Shown here: one piece after another, positions 9,698 to 19,843 of the stretch
Position numbering within the stretch: position 1 is the first letter of the stretch
How the letters are laid out: each line of letters starts with the position of its first letter
NCBI GenBank assembly: GCA_040263875.1
Contig: JBDQJI010000005.1
Location: 6,496 to 70,495, forward strand
Direction of reading: 5' to 3'
From: Alphaproteobacteria bacterium
Lineage (GTDB): Bacteria; Pseudomonadota; Alphaproteobacteria; Bin95
DNA length: 64,000 nucleotides
Position numbers and translations under genes: made by a program
Notes under the pieces: generated by a model
Seen by the model: the letters and a program-made list of their open reading frames with translations, nothing else
The model's database searches: none
What the model was told of the DNA's origin: nothing

Positions 9698-11542
9698 TCA
9701 AGCAGGGATGGCGTCTGCTTCCTCGCGGTCTTCCTGCTGGCGGGCCCACATTTCGGCATACACACCATCTTCCGCCATTAAGGTACGATGCTTACCGCGT
9801 TCCACGATCTTGCCACCCTGGAAAACCAGGATTTCGTCCGCATTGACCACGGTGGAAAGCCTATGGGCGATGACGATGGCCGTGCGCCCTTCTGCGAGTT
9901 CTTCCAGATTTGTCTGAATTTCCCGCTCCGTCGCCGTGTCCAGTGCGGATGTCGCTTCATCCAGAATTAGAATCGGTGGGTTCTTCAGGATAGTGCGGGC
10001 GATGGCGACACGTTGCTTCTCGCCGCCCGATAGCTTCAGCCCGCGCTCGCCCACTTCAGCATCCCACCCATCTGGTAGGCCTTCAACAAAGTCCGCAATG
10101 CGCGCGAGACGAGCCGCCTCTTTGGCCTCCTCCGGCGATGCGTCCTGGCGACCGTAGAGCACGTTGTAAAGGATGGAGTCGTTGAACAGGACTGTATCCT
10201 GCGGCACCGTGCCAATCGCGGCGCGCACGCTGGTTTGGTCAACATCGCGCAAATCCTGACCATCAATCGTAATCCGGCCCTTTTGCACGTCGTAGAACCG
10301 ATATAGCAGCCGCCCAATGGTGGACTTGCCCGCACCGGACGGACCAACAACCGCAACCGTTTTACCAGCAGGGACCTCAAATGAGACGCCCTCCAAGATA
10401 GGCCGGCGTGGATCATAGGCGAAATGCACATCCTCAAACGCGATAGCCCCTTCGGCCACAGTCAACTGCGGCGCGTTCGGTTTGTCCGGCACTTCCGGCT
10501 TCACATCGAGCAAGCCGAACATTTTCTCCATATCGATCAGCGCTTGCATGATCTCACGGTACACAAACCCGAACATATTGAGTGGTTGATAAAGCTGGAT
10601 CAGATAGGCGTTCACCATCACGAATTCGCCCAGCGTCATCGTACCTTTCTGAATGCCAACCGCCGCCATCATCATCACCGCGACCAGACCGATGGAGATG
10701 ATCGCAGCCTGCCCCACATTCAATGCGGACAGTGAGAGCGAGCTCTTTACCGCCGCTTTCTCATATGCGCCGAGCGCCTGATCGAAGCGCCCTGCCTCAT
10801 GTTTCTCGGCATTGAAATATTTGACCGTTTCGAAGTTCAGCAGGCTATCGACAGCCTTGGAATGGGCGCGGCTATCTTCCTCGTTCATCGTCCGCCGGAT
10901 ACCAAGGCGCCACGTCGTGACATACTTTGTGAACGTCACGTAGATGACGATTGTGGCGGCGGTAACGGCGGCAAACCGCCAATCCAGCATGTTCCATAAG
11001 ATTGCCAGCACGACGAGGATTTCAAAGATCGTTGGCAGCACGCTGAATACGGCGAACCGCAGCAGCGTTTCAATCGCCTTCACACCGCGTTCAATCGCCC
11101 GGCTTAGCCCGCCCGTCCGGCGCTCCAAGTGAAAGCGCAGTGAGAGGTTATGGAGGTGGCGGAATACATCCAGCCCAACGCCACGAATGGCACCTTGGGC
11201 GACGGCGGCAAACAGCGCTTCACGGATTTCACCGAACAGCGTGGCACCAATCCGCACGAGGCCGTATGCGAAAATAATGCCCAAGGGTGCCGCAATAGCG
11301 AGTTCCGGTTTGTTCTCCAGCGCATCAATTGCGTCTTTGAAAAACAATGGTGCATAGACGTTCGAAACCTTTGCCAGCACCAAGCAAATGGTCGCCAGAA
11401 CAATCCGCAGCTTGAAGCTTGGCCGATCCTTTGGCCAAAGATAAGGCATCAACAAACGGACTACGCCGAAGCTCGCTTTGTCCTTCGTGCTGGCTTCAAC
11501 CTCGGTCTCTGCCGTTTTATCTGGGGCGCTCATTGTCTTCAT
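9698..11542 (-). CDS. ABC transporter, fused permease/ATP-binding protein, Atm1/heavy-metal exporter type
   Basis: Six-TM N-terminal domain followed by a nucleotide-binding domain with Walker A (GPSGAGKST), signature LSGGEKQRVAIAR and Walker B (ILILDEATSALD). Its length of about 610 aa is close to NaAtm1. Confidence 0.9.
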   Translation of the reverse strand: MKTMSAPDKTAETEVEASTKDKASFGVVRLLMPYLWPKDRPSFKLRIVLATICLVLAKVSNVYAPLFFKDAIDALENKPELAIAAPLGIIFAYGLVRIGATLFGEIREALFAAVAQGAIRGVGLDVFRHLHNLSLRFHLERRTGGLSRAIERGVKAIETLLRFAVFSVLPTIFEILVVLAILWNMLDWRFAAVTAATIVIYVTFTKYVTTWRLGIRRTMNEEDSRAHSKAVDSLLNFETVKYFNAEKHEAGRFDQALGAYEKAAVKSSLSLSALNVGQAAIISIGLVAVMMMAAVGIQKGTMTLGEFVMVNAYLIQLYQPLNMFGFVYREIMQALIDMEKMFGLLDVKPEVPDKPNAPQLTVAEGAIAFEDVHFAYDPRRPILEGVSFEVPAGKTVAVVGPSGAGKSTIGRLLYRFYDVQKGRITIDGQDLRDVDQTSVRAAIGTVPQDTVLFNDSILYNVLYGRQDASPEEAKEAARLARIADFVEGLPDGWDAEVGERGLKLSGGEKQRVAIARTILKNPPILILDEATSALDTATEREIQTNLEELAEGRTAIVIAHRLSTVVNADEILVFQGGKIVERGKHRTLMAEDGVYAEMWARQQEDREEADAIPA

Positions 11543-11627
11543 CTTGTCACAATCACAGTTTATGCCCCAATATGTAGCTTACGGGAGGCTTTGTTTCATC
11601 CCACCAAGCCGGAGGGCTCTGACTACC

Positions 11628-12185
11628 ATGCTCGATAATCGTGCTGCTTTGGTCCTGAATGCAGATTTCAGGCCACTGAGTTATTTCCCATTGTCGCTTT
11701 GGTCTTGGCGCGATGCCGTTAAGGCTGTCTTTCTGGAAAAGGTCAATGTGCTGGCTGAATATGACGACGCGCCAGTCCGCTCCCCTACTTTCGAAATGCA
11801 TGCGCCAAGCGTTATCTCCCTTAAAGAATATATCGCTCCAGCGAAACGGCCAGCCTTCACCCGCTTTAATGTGTTTTTGCGGGATCAATTCTGTTGCTCC
11901 TATTGCGGCGTGAAGGCCGTGACGTCTGAGCTAACGTTCGACCATGTCATCCCCCGCTCCCGTGGCGGCCGCACGGATTGGGCAAATGTCGCGACGGCTT
12001 GCGGTGCGTGTAATCTGGCAAAAGCCAACCTCACGCCGAAAGAGGCCCACATGCCGCTCCGTCATACACCCGCAGAGCCCACGGTGTATGAGCTGCAGGC
12101 GCGAGGCCAAGCCTTCCCGCCGAATTTCCTGCACGAAAGCTGGCGGGATTATCTGTATTGGGATTCCGTTCTCGAAAGCGATTAG
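11628..12185 (+). CDS. HNH endonuclease domain protein
   Basis: HNH motif CSYCG ... TFDHVIPRSRGG ... NVATACGACNLAKAN. The start was placed at MLDNRAAL to avoid overlap with the convergent ABC gene. Confidence 0.75.
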   Translation: MLDNRAALVLNADFRPLSYFPLSLWSWRDAVKAVFLEKVNVLAEYDDAPVRSPTFEMHAPSVISLKEYIAPAKRPAFTRFNVFLRDQFCCSYCGVKAVTSELTFDHVIPRSRGGRTDWANVATACGACNLAKANLTPKEAHMPLRHTPAEPTVYELQARGQAFPPNFLHESWRDYLYWDSVLESD

Positions 12186-12190
12186 TGCCT

Positions 12191-12232
12191 CAACCTGGAC
12201 GGATCAACCTGGAAGGATCAACCGGGGCGAAT
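12191..12232. repeat. Three tandem copies of a 14-nt unit CAACC(T/G)GG(A/G)NGGAT spanning the argB stop codon
   Basis: caacctggacggat / caacctggaaggat / caaccggggcgaat. The third copy encodes the argB C-terminal residues (...IRPG). Confidence 0.6.
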
Positions 12233-13114
12233 CAACGTTCCATCACCGCGCTCTGTAAAGATTTCGAGCAGGATGGCGTGGGGAACGCGACCGTCTAGGA
12301 TCACGGCCGCCTCAACACCTTCAGCTACGGCTTCCAGGCAGGTTTCGATTTTGGGGATCATGCCGCCTTTGATGACGCCTTCATTGATCATACGGCGGGC
12401 CGTATCAGCCGCAATATCTTCAATTCGCTTGCCGTTAGCGTCTAAGACACCGGCGACATCGGTCAACATCAGCAGCCGTTTTGCCTGCACGGCAGATGCG
12501 ACTGCACCTGCTACCGTATCGGCGTTGATATTGTAGGTATTTCCAGCGGCATCGAAGCCAACAGGTGCGATCACGGGCGTCACGCCAGTGCGGGCCAATT
12601 CCGCCAGCACCTGGCCGTTCACTTCTTCAGGCTTTCCAACGAAGCCTAGGTCAATGATCTTTTCGATATTGCTGTCACTATCGCGCGTCTTATGGCCGAG
12701 CTTACTGGCGCGAATCAAGTTCGCATCCTTGCCAGAAAGACCAATCGCGCGGCCTCCAGCACGATTGATTGCGGCGACAATGCCCTTATTGATGCCGCCA
12801 GACAGCACCATCTCCACAACTTCAACTGTATCGGCACCGGTAACGCGCAGCCCATCGACAAAGTCGCTTTTGATCTGCAGCCGCTTCAGCATATCGCCGA
12901 TCTGCGGGCCACCGCCGTGAACAACGATGGGGAACGCGCCGATCTGCTTCAGCAGCACAATATCCCGTGCGAAGTTATCAGCTAAGTCCTGATCACCCAT
13001 GGCATGGCCGCCATACTTGATGACGATGGTTTCACCGGCGTAACGGCGCATAAACGGCAACGCCTCCGACAACATGTCGACACGGGCCATTCTATCCGCA
13101 GAAATATCGCTCAT
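12218..13114 (-). CDS. argB: Acetylglutamate kinase
   Basis: N-terminus [25 protein letters not shown] ... [10 protein letters not shown] is typical of ArgB. Confidence 0.95.
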   Translation of the reverse strand: MSDISADRMARVDMLSEALPFMRRYAGETIVIKYGGHAMGDQDLADNFARDIVLLKQIGAFPIVVHGGGPQIGDMLKRLQIKSDFVDGLRVTGADTVEVVEMVLSGGINKGIVAAINRAGGRAIGLSGKDANLIRASKLGHKTRDSDSNIEKIIDLGFVGKPEEVNGQVLAELARTGVTPVIAPVGFDAAGNTYNINADTVAGAVASAVQAKRLLMLTDVAGVLDANGKRIEDIAADTARRMINEGVIKGGMIPKIETCLEAVAEGVEAAVILDGRVPHAILLEIFTERGDGTLIRPG

Positions 13115-13149
13115 TACGCTTCTCGTATTCTGGTCAATTCAGGGGAAGA

Positions 13150-13809
13150 CTATACAGCCAGTGCTGCCATACGCGAACGCAATGCGGCGATGCCAATGTT
13201 TTTGCCAGCACTGGTCAGCAGAACTTCTGGGTGCGCGGCACGGCGCTTTCTGGCAACAGCTTCCGTCGCTGCCAATATCGTCAATTGCTGGTTCGGTTTC
13301 AGCTTATCAGCCTTGGTCAGAATGATCTGATAGGACAGCGCGGATTCATCCAGCATATCCATCATTTCATGGTCGCTGGGTTTGAAGCCATGTCGCGCAT
13401 CAACCAATAGATAAAGCCGTGCGAGCGTTGAACGGCCACGCAGAAAATCCCGTGTCAGCACCGTCCAATCCGCTACTTTGGAGCGGGAGACCTTGGCATA
13501 GCCATAGCCCGGCAGATCAACCAACCGCAGGCGCTCACCGAGTTCAAAGAACACCAGTGACTGCGTGCGCCCTGGCGTGTTCGAAGACCGCGCGAGCGCC
13601 TTCTGGCCAGTCAAGGCGTTTACCAAGCTCGACTTACCGACATTGGAACGGCCAGCGAAAGCCACTTCCGGCAACCCCAGCGGCGGCAAGTTATCTAGTG
13701 CTTTCGCTTCCCAAAGAAATTCGCATTCCTTAGAGAAAAGCAAACGCCCTTCTTCCAGCCGTTCCGGCGTATCAGGATCATCGAAACTAGGGCTGTCTAC
13801 CTCAGGCAT
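13150..13809 (-). CDS. engB: Ribosome biogenesis GTP-binding protein YihA/EngB
   Basis: G1 motif GRSNVGKSSLVNALTG and a DLPGYGYA block. The start is set at MPEVD, which gives about 219 aa and no overlap with yidC. Confidence 0.85.
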   Translation of the reverse strand: MPEVDSPSFDDPDTPERLEEGRLLFSKECEFLWEAKALDNLPPLGLPEVAFAGRSNVGKSSLVNALTGQKALARSSNTPGRTQSLVFFELGERLRLVDLPGYGYAKVSRSKVADWTVLTRDFLRGRSTLARLYLLVDARHGFKPSDHEMMDMLDESALSYQIILTKADKLKPNQQLTILAATEAVARKRRAAHPEVLLTSAGKNIGIAALRSRMAALAV

Positions 13810-13819
13810 CAGCCAAGCT

Positions 13820-15604
13820 CTACGCTTTGCCTGATGCGGGCTTCTTCGCCCCGCCGCCCAAAGGCACACCAGCCCGCGTCATAATGATCGCCTGCTGGCA
13901 GATTGAAAGCAGGTTGTTCCAGGTCCAGTAGATGACCAAGCCAGCCGCAAAGCCAGACAACAGCACGGTGAAGATGAGTGGCATGAGCATGAATATGCGC
14001 GCTTGCATCGGGTCCGTCGGCTGTGGATTCAGCTTTTGCTGCAAGAACATCGTGATGCCCATCATAACCGCCCAGGCGCCAATATGCATGAAGCTTGGCG
14101 GCGTAAACGGGAGCAACCCGAATACGTTGAAGATGTTGGTCGGGTCAGGCGCCGACAAATCCTGAATCCAGCCAAAGAACGGCGCATGGCGCATTTCAAT
14201 CGCCACGATCAGAACTTTATAGAGCGAGAAGAACACCGGAATCTGCACGATAATCGGCAAACAACCCGACGCAGGATTGACCTTCTCTTTCTTATAAAGC
14301 GCCATCATTTCCTGATTGAGCTTCTGACGGTCATCGCCATAACGCTCACGCAGTTTCAGCATTTCAGGCTGCAGGCTCTTCATTGCCGCCATGGATTTGT
14401 AGGACTTATTGGCGAGCGGGAAGAACACGATCTTCACGCAAACCGTCAACGCCATGATCGCAAGGCCGAAGTTGCCGAGCAGGTGATAGAACCATTCCAG
14501 CGCATAGAAGAACGGCTTGGTCAGGTAATAAAACCAACCAAAATCAATCGCTTTGTCGAACAGCGGAATGTTCAAGTTTTCTTCGTAGCGATCCAGCAGG
14601 CCAACTTCTTTAGCGCCACCGAAGAACCGGTGCGTAACTTCATGGGAGGCACCGGGCGCAATCGCCACCGCACCACCAAGATAATCCGTCTGATAGCGAC
14701 TAACGCCACCCGCGTTCGTGTGCAGGAAGCGCGCTTTAACGGGTTGATCGAATGGCGGTACAAGTGCTGCCAGCCAATACTTATCCGTGATGCCGATCCA
14801 CCCGCCCGTGGTGTTATGAGTGATGATTTCTGACTGCCCATCGTCGAACAAATCGTCATATGAGAGTTCTTCGAGGGTATCGTTGAGGACCCCAATCGGC
14901 CCTTCATGCAGCACATAAAGGCCAGATGTCTCAGGCTCTCCGGCGCGAGAAACCAAGCTGTATGGATAGAGCGTCGTCGCGTCCGTGCCATTGTTCTTCA
15001 CAACGTCAGTGACGGTGAACATATAGCCGTCATCCAGCGCGATCGTGCGCTCATAGAGCATGCCGTCTGGGCTTTCCCAGGTCATGACGACGGAGCCATT
15101 TTCCGTCAGCGTCTGGTCGTTGGAGCGCCATTCGGTCTTGCTGGTCGGCACGCTGGCTTCTTTGCCTGCAGGTGCAGACCAACCAAAACGGGCGAAATAG
15201 GCATCCGGCCCGCCAGATGGGGAGAGCAGTGTGATCGGCGGGCTATCTTCAGCCAGGGTCTGCTTGTAGGTGGAAAGCGTTAGATCATCGAGACTGGCAC
15301 CAGTCAGCGAGATCGAACCGGCGAGGCGCGGCGTTGAAATCGTCACGCGCGCACTTTGGTTTAGCGCTGCCGTCCTGGTCAGGCCGCGGGCTTGTCCGCC
15401 ATCGGCGGTGATGGCACTTGGCCCGGTTGCTTCCCTTGGTGGGCCGGGGATTGCTGCGTCGCTTGCCGGCGCTGCGGGCGTTCCATCAGCCGTGATGGCT
15501 GCTGTTGGCTTGGCAGGTGGCTTCGGCGGCGGAAACATCACATTCCAGCCGAGCAAAATCACAAGCGACGCCGCCATCGCTATAAAAAGATTGCGTTGCT
15601 CCAT
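13820..15604 (-). CDS. yidC: Membrane protein insertase YidC
   Basis: 594 aa. N-terminal TM, periplasmic domain, then a C-terminal 5-TM core (LLGNFGLAIMALTVCVKIVFFPL ... PIIVQIPVFFSLY). Confidence 0.95.
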   Translation of the reverse strand: MEQRNLFIAMAASLVILLGWNVMFPPPKPPAKPTAAITADGTPAAPASDAAIPGPPREATGPSAITADGGQARGLTRTAALNQSARVTISTPRLAGSISLTGASLDDLTLSTYKQTLAEDSPPITLLSPSGGPDAYFARFGWSAPAGKEASVPTSKTEWRSNDQTLTENGSVVMTWESPDGMLYERTIALDDGYMFTVTDVVKNNGTDATTLYPYSLVSRAGEPETSGLYVLHEGPIGVLNDTLEELSYDDLFDDGQSEIITHNTTGGWIGITDKYWLAALVPPFDQPVKARFLHTNAGGVSRYQTDYLGGAVAIAPGASHEVTHRFFGGAKEVGLLDRYEENLNIPLFDKAIDFGWFYYLTKPFFYALEWFYHLLGNFGLAIMALTVCVKIVFFPLANKSYKSMAAMKSLQPEMLKLRERYGDDRQKLNQEMMALYKKEKVNPASGCLPIIVQIPVFFSLYKVLIVAIEMRHAPFFGWIQDLSAPDPTNIFNVFGLLPFTPPSFMHIGAWAVMMGITMFLQQKLNPQPTDPMQARIFMLMPLIFTVLLSGFAAGLVIYWTWNNLLSICQQAIIMTRAGVPLGGGAKKPASGKA

Positions 15605-15724
15605 CGCGCGAAGTCCTAAACCGTCTATTTGGGAAGGGGCGAAATACGCCCAGCTTAAATCTGTTGAAGGGTTCTAGCCCGGAAATCATCCAGTCTCCAC
15701 CCCAATACTTGCGCATATGGTCGC

Positions 15725-16003
15725 TTATGGGCCGGAATGCCCGCATTTCTTTGTGAGCGGCGCGGTTGGATGATGCGTTGACGCCGGAACCGGGTCATCA
15801 CCACTGCCGCCCCAGGGGTGACAACGGACCAGCCTGCGGATGGCCAAACACCCACCTTTCAATGGCCCGTGCGCCTTCAATGCCTGCAGCGCATAGGCGG
15901 AACAGGTGGGATTGAACCGACAGGCCATCGGTGTGAAGGGCGATATGCAATAGCGGTACACATGCACGGGTGCAGACAGCAGCTGGATGAGCATCCGGCG
16001 CAT
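15725..16003 (-). CDS. yidD: Membrane protein insertion efficiency factor YidD
   Basis: LIQLLSAPVHVYRYCISPF ... CRFNPTCSAYALQAL is the YidD/hemolytic-domain signature. Start at the internal MRRM, which overlaps the rnpA stop by 1 nt. Confidence 0.8.
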   Translation of the reverse strand: MRRMLIQLLSAPVHVYRYCISPFTPMACRFNPTCSAYALQALKAHGPLKGGCLAIRRLVRCHPWGGSGDDPVPASTHHPTAPLTKKCGHSGP

Positions 16004-16395
16004 TAGCGCTTGTCCTGCAGTTTCGCCGTTACCTGTTGAAATGCCCGGCGCATATCCGCCTGAAGCGTGCCAAACGAGCAATCAATTGTCTGTGGGCGGC
16101 CAATCAGCACGTAGTCACAGCCCGTTGCAGCAAGCGCTGGAGCGATTTCCGCAGCAGCAGCTTTCAAACGACGCCGCGCGCGATTGCGGGCGACAGCATT
16201 GCCGACACGTTTTGAACAGGTGAAGCCGATACGGATTGAACTCGGGTCGGCTTTGTCGGATTCGTGGCCGCGCCGCCGACGTCCCTGTAGGGAGAGCGTG
16301 CCCGACCCGGCCTTCCGCCCTTTGGCGGCGGCCAGAAAATCCTTGCGTTCTTTTAGGCGCAGCAGCGCTGAGGTGGATGTATTCTCATCCATCAC
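16003..16395 (-). CDS. rnpA: Ribonuclease P protein component
   Basis: Basic protein of about 130 aa (RIGFTCSKRVGNAVARNRARRRLK) lying between rpmH and yidD in the canonical order. Confidence 0.85.
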   Translation of the reverse strand: MMDENTSTSALLRLKERKDFLAAAKGRKAGSGTLSLQGRRRRGHESDKADPSSIRIGFTCSKRVGNAVARNRARRRLKAAAAEIAPALAATGCDYVLIGRPQTIDCSFGTLQADMRRAFQQVTAKLQDKR

Positions 16396-16429
16396 AGCCG
16401 CCTGCGCTTCAACGCTGCTTTAGAAAGAC

Positions 16430-16564
16430 CTACGCGGAAACGCGCTTACGGCCCTTGGCGCGACGGTTGCTCAGCACGCGGCGACCACCAACAGTGGCCA
16501 TCCGTGAACGGAAACCATGGCGGCGCTTGCGAACGATCACGCTCGGCTGATAGGTGCGTTTCAT
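16430..16564 (-). CDS. rpmH: 50S ribosomal protein L34
   Basis: [44 protein letters not shown] is the hallmark L34 sequence. Confidence 0.92.
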   Translation of the reverse strand: MKRTYQPSVIVRKRRHGFRSRMATVGGRRVLSNRRAKGRKRVSA

Positions 16565-16859
16565 AACATCGAACTCCAAACTATCATGACTGCATCTACA
16601 TACAGCCCAATGCGGCGGCAACCCAACAAGCGCGCATGCGTAAACGCGCCGGGTCCGCTACCGGAAATGCGGAAGGCGGTGTATAGTCGATTTAGGCCCG
16701 AAAGGTCAATGATAGCAGCGCAAAATGTGGCACCTTGCCTCTCGATAACATTTGCATTCACGGAATCCTGAATAGGCGGCGCTAGATTGCTGCTCCATAA
16801 CATAAGAACACAACCAACGGATTCCCCCGCTCCATGCCATATATCTGCGATTTACGCCT

Positions 16860-17606
16860 GTGAACGACACCACAGACACAAGCTCCAAAACCCCAGCTTG
16901 GAAGCGCTATTTACCACTCGCCGTATTGGCTGCCGCATTCATCGCATTCTTTGCGGCAGGCGGCGGAAAATATATCAGCCTGGACGCGCTGGCGGAGAAT
17001 CGCGTCGCTTTGGCGGACTGGACTGCCGCAAATCCATTGAAAGCAGGAGCGGCCTATATCCTGATTTATGTCATCTCGACCGCTGCATCCTTGCCGATTG
17101 GAACTTTGCTCACACTGGCAGGCGGTTTTGTTTTTGGCACATGGATCGGCGGCAGCATGACCGTCATTGGTGCAACGATCGGCGCGACGATCCTATTCCT
17201 CGCCGCCCGCAACGCCTTCGCTGATTTCTTTCGCGATAAGGTGGGCGCAGCGCTTGGCAAAATGCGCAAAGGCTTCGAGGAAAACGCATTCTCCTACATT
17301 CTCGCCCTTCGCTTGGCACCGGTGTTTCCATTTTTCGTCGTAAATGTCGCTCCGGCTTTGGCGGGCGCCTCGCTGAAATCTTTCATTGCCGCAACAGCGC
17401 TCGGGATTATTCCTGGTACGTTTGTGTATGCCAGCGTCGGCGCAGGACTTGGCGCTGTATTCGCCAAAGGCGGCACGCCCAATCTGGATGTGATTTTTGA
17501 ATGGAAGGTCATTCTGCCACTTGTGTTATTAGCGCTCCTATCGCTGGCGCCGATCCTGTACAAAAAGATCACGGGTAAGCGTATCGACACGACCGTGAAG
17601 CAATAA
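16860..17606 (+). CDS. TVP38/TMEM64 (DedA-related) family membrane protein
   Basis: Multi-TM protein with the characteristic PIGTLLTLAGGFVFG and LRLAPVFPFFVVNVAPAL motifs. Confidence 0.8.
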   Translation: MNDTTDTSSKTPAWKRYLPLAVLAAAFIAFFAAGGGKYISLDALAENRVALADWTAANPLKAGAAYILIYVISTAASLPIGTLLTLAGGFVFGTWIGGSMTVIGATIGATILFLAARNAFADFFRDKVGAALGKMRKGFEENAFSYILALRLAPVFPFFVVNVAPALAGASLKSFIAATALGIIPGTFVYASVGAGLGAVFAKGGTPNLDVIFEWKVILPLVLLALLSLAPILYKKITGKRIDTTVKQ

Positions 17607-17617
17607 CGGAACGCAAA

Positions 17618-19027
17618 ATGGCCGCCGTCTGGCGCATTCGGAAACTCTTTGCCAGCCTTTCGGCTAGGCTGCTCGTGCTGACGATTTTCTTCGTCATGCT
17701 GGCAGAAGTGCTGATCTTTGCGCCATCTGCTGGTCGTTACCGCGCCATGTATCTGCAAGAACGTTTGGCCGATGCCCACTTGGCCGGCTTGGCGCTGGAG
17801 GCCACCCCCTCTGGCCAGGTAAGTCCCGCCCTTGAAGCGCAATTGCTTCGCCATGTTGGGGCCTACGGGATCGACTTACACATAGGCCCATTTATGACCC
17901 GGATGCTTGGCAACGAAACACCGCCTGCCGTTGATCATGTGTTCAATCTGGACCGTGAAACGCCGATGATCATGATCTTGCAGGCGTTTGAGACGATTCG
18001 GCGCGACAACAACGCCATCATCCGCATTACCGGGCGCTCACCGTCTGATCCATCTGTTCTGGTCAGCATCATTATGGCGGAAGCGCCGATGCGTGCGTCT
18101 TTGATCGACTACTCGAGGCGGATTCTTGAGCTTTCCATCATCATCTCCCTGATCACGGCCTGCTTGGTTTACTTCAGCCTGCAATGGCTAATGGTCCGCC
18201 CACTCGGCCGGTTGACCGAAGCAATGACGGACTTCCGCGCGCTGCCTGAAGATACAGACCGTGGCGTTCAACCAACCCGGCGACGGGATGAAATCGGCGT
18301 TGCGGAGCGGGAATTCGCTGAAATGCAACGCGATCTCCGCCAAGCCCTGGCCCAGAAAACACGTCTTGCTGCACTCGGCGAGGCTGTCGCCAAGATCAAT
18401 CATGATCTCCGGAACATTCTTTCAACGGCACAGCTCGTGTCCGACCGGATTGAGGATAGCGATGATCCGGAAGTCCGCCGTGTCGCCCCGACAATGCTGC
18501 GCGCTATCGACCGCGCAGTCGCACTTTGCCGGGACGTGGTGCGGTATGCTCGGACAGGCGAGGCCAAGCTGCAGAAATCCGAATGTGACCTCCGCGACCT
18601 TATCGAGGACGCGGGCGAAGCTGCCCTCGCAGGCAGTGGTGCGGACGGCAAACGACAGTTCCAGAACCTGGCTCCAGAGCGGCTCAATGCGCGTGTAGAT
18701 CGCACGCAGTTGGCCCGCGCCATCGAAAATCTGGCGCGAAACGCTTATGAAGCCGGCGCGCAAACCGTCACAGCAGCAGCCACGACGACAGGTGGCGCTG
18801 GCGTTCGCATTTCCATTGCGGATAACGGACCTGGCATTCCAGGCGCTATGGAGCCCCGGCTATTCCTGCCATTCTCCGGTACCTCGAAAGCAGATGGCAG
18901 CGGGCTTGGGCTGGCCATCGCAAAAGAAATCGCGGCGGCTCATGGCGGCGATATCACGCTTGCCCGATCTGGCCCTGATGGCGCAGAATTTGTGATCATT
19001 TTGCCGAAGTCATTGGAGCGCATTTAG
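17618..19027 (+). CDS. Sensor histidine kinase with an N-terminal TM domain
   Basis: H-box (INHDLRNILSTAQL) and HATPase_c G-boxes (DNGPGIP, GSGLGLAIAKEI). No cognate response regulator lies adjacent. Confidence 0.85.
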   Translation: MAAVWRIRKLFASLSARLLVLTIFFVMLAEVLIFAPSAGRYRAMYLQERLADAHLAGLALEATPSGQVSPALEAQLLRHVGAYGIDLHIGPFMTRMLGNETPPAVDHVFNLDRETPMIMILQAFETIRRDNNAIIRITGRSPSDPSVLVSIIMAEAPMRASLIDYSRRILELSIIISLITACLVYFSLQWLMVRPLGRLTEAMTDFRALPEDTDRGVQPTRRRDEIGVAEREFAEMQRDLRQALAQKTRLAALGEAVAKINHDLRNILSTAQLVSDRIEDSDDPEVRRVAPTMLRAIDRAVALCRDVVRYARTGEAKLQKSECDLRDLIEDAGEAALAGSGADGKRQFQNLAPERLNARVDRTQLARAIENLARNAYEAGAQTVTAAATTTGGAGVRISIADNGPGIPGAMEPRLFLPFSGTSKADGSGLGLAIAKEIAAAHGGDITLARSGPDGAEFVIILPKSLERI

Positions 19028-19837
19028 ATGAACGATACCCGGCCCGAAGGTGTGTGGGATCCCGGCCAATATTTGCGCTATGGTGGCCATCGCCTCCGCC
19101 CGGCCATTGAACTCTTTCAACGGGTGGACCTGGATGCGCCCGCCCGCTGCTGGGATATTGGCTGTGGCAATGGCGAAATCGCACGGGCAATGACCGAACG
19201 CTGGCCGGCAGCACAGGTCGTTGGCCTCGATGCGTCTACCGAAATGCTGGAAAAGGCGAAGTCACAACCGGGTAGCGACAAGGTCGATTGGCGCCAAGCA
19301 GATATCACCAATTGGGCACCCAGCGAACCAGCAGATGTGATCTACACCAACGCCACGCTACAATGGCTGAACGACCACGAGACGCTGTTCCCGCGCCTCA
19401 TGCAGTGCGTCGCCCCGGGCGGTGTGTTCGCAGCGCAAATGCCGCTTTCTTGGGGGCAAGCGTCCCACCAATTGCTGCGAGAAATTCTGAATCAAGGCAA
19501 TGACGGCAAAGGCTATGGGACGGATACACTTCGCCAGACCATCGCCCGCAAATGGGTGGACGAAGCCGCAGTCTATTATGATCGCCTTCGTCCCTACGCG
19601 AGTGACGTCGACATTTGGGAAGTGACCTACCAGCAGGTCTTATCCGGTGATGATCCCGTGCTGGAATGGGTCAAAGGTTCCGCCTTGCGGCCTGTGCTGA
19701 CGGAGCTTGGGCCGGAGATGGCGAAGCAATACTTGGTCGAATATGGGGCGGCGCTCCGCGATGCCTATCCGCGCCGGGAAGACGGGACAACGCTCTACCC
19801 CTTCGCCCGCCTGTTCATGGTCGCCAAGCGCGCATAG
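19028..19837 (+). CDS. tam: Trans-aconitate 2-methyltransferase
   Basis: WDPGQYLRYGGHRLRPAIELF ... DIGCGNG is the Tam/SAM-methyltransferase signature. Its ATG directly abuts the HK stop. Confidence 0.85.
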   Translation: MNDTRPEGVWDPGQYLRYGGHRLRPAIELFQRVDLDAPARCWDIGCGNGEIARAMTERWPAAQVVGLDASTEMLEKAKSQPGSDKVDWRQADITNWAPSEPADVIYTNATLQWLNDHETLFPRLMQCVAPGGVFAAQMPLSWGQASHQLLREILNQGNDGKGYGTDTLRQTIARKWVDEAAVYYDRLRPYASDVDIWEVTYQQVLSGDDPVLEWVKGSALRPVLTELGPEMAKQYLVEYGAALRDAYPRREDGTTLYPFARLFMVAKRA

Positions 19838-19843
19838 GGCAAG

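Noticed and set aside
11628-12185. HNH endonuclease as part of a mobile element, restriction system or homing endonuclease
   Set aside because: No adjacent methyltransferase, integrase, transposase, inverted repeats or compositional shift. It appears to be a standalone conserved HNH protein.
14003-14833. Long antisense ORFs opposite real genes (this one opposite yidC; others at 52887..53540, 28135..28836 and 1208..1918)
   Set aside because: Typical high-GC antisense open frames with no recognisable motifs. The sense strand carries clear conserved genes.
16565-16859. Possible chromosomal origin next to rpmH
   Set aside because: dnaA is not adjacent, and there is no cluster of DnaA boxes (TTATCCACA-like) or AT-rich unwinding element.
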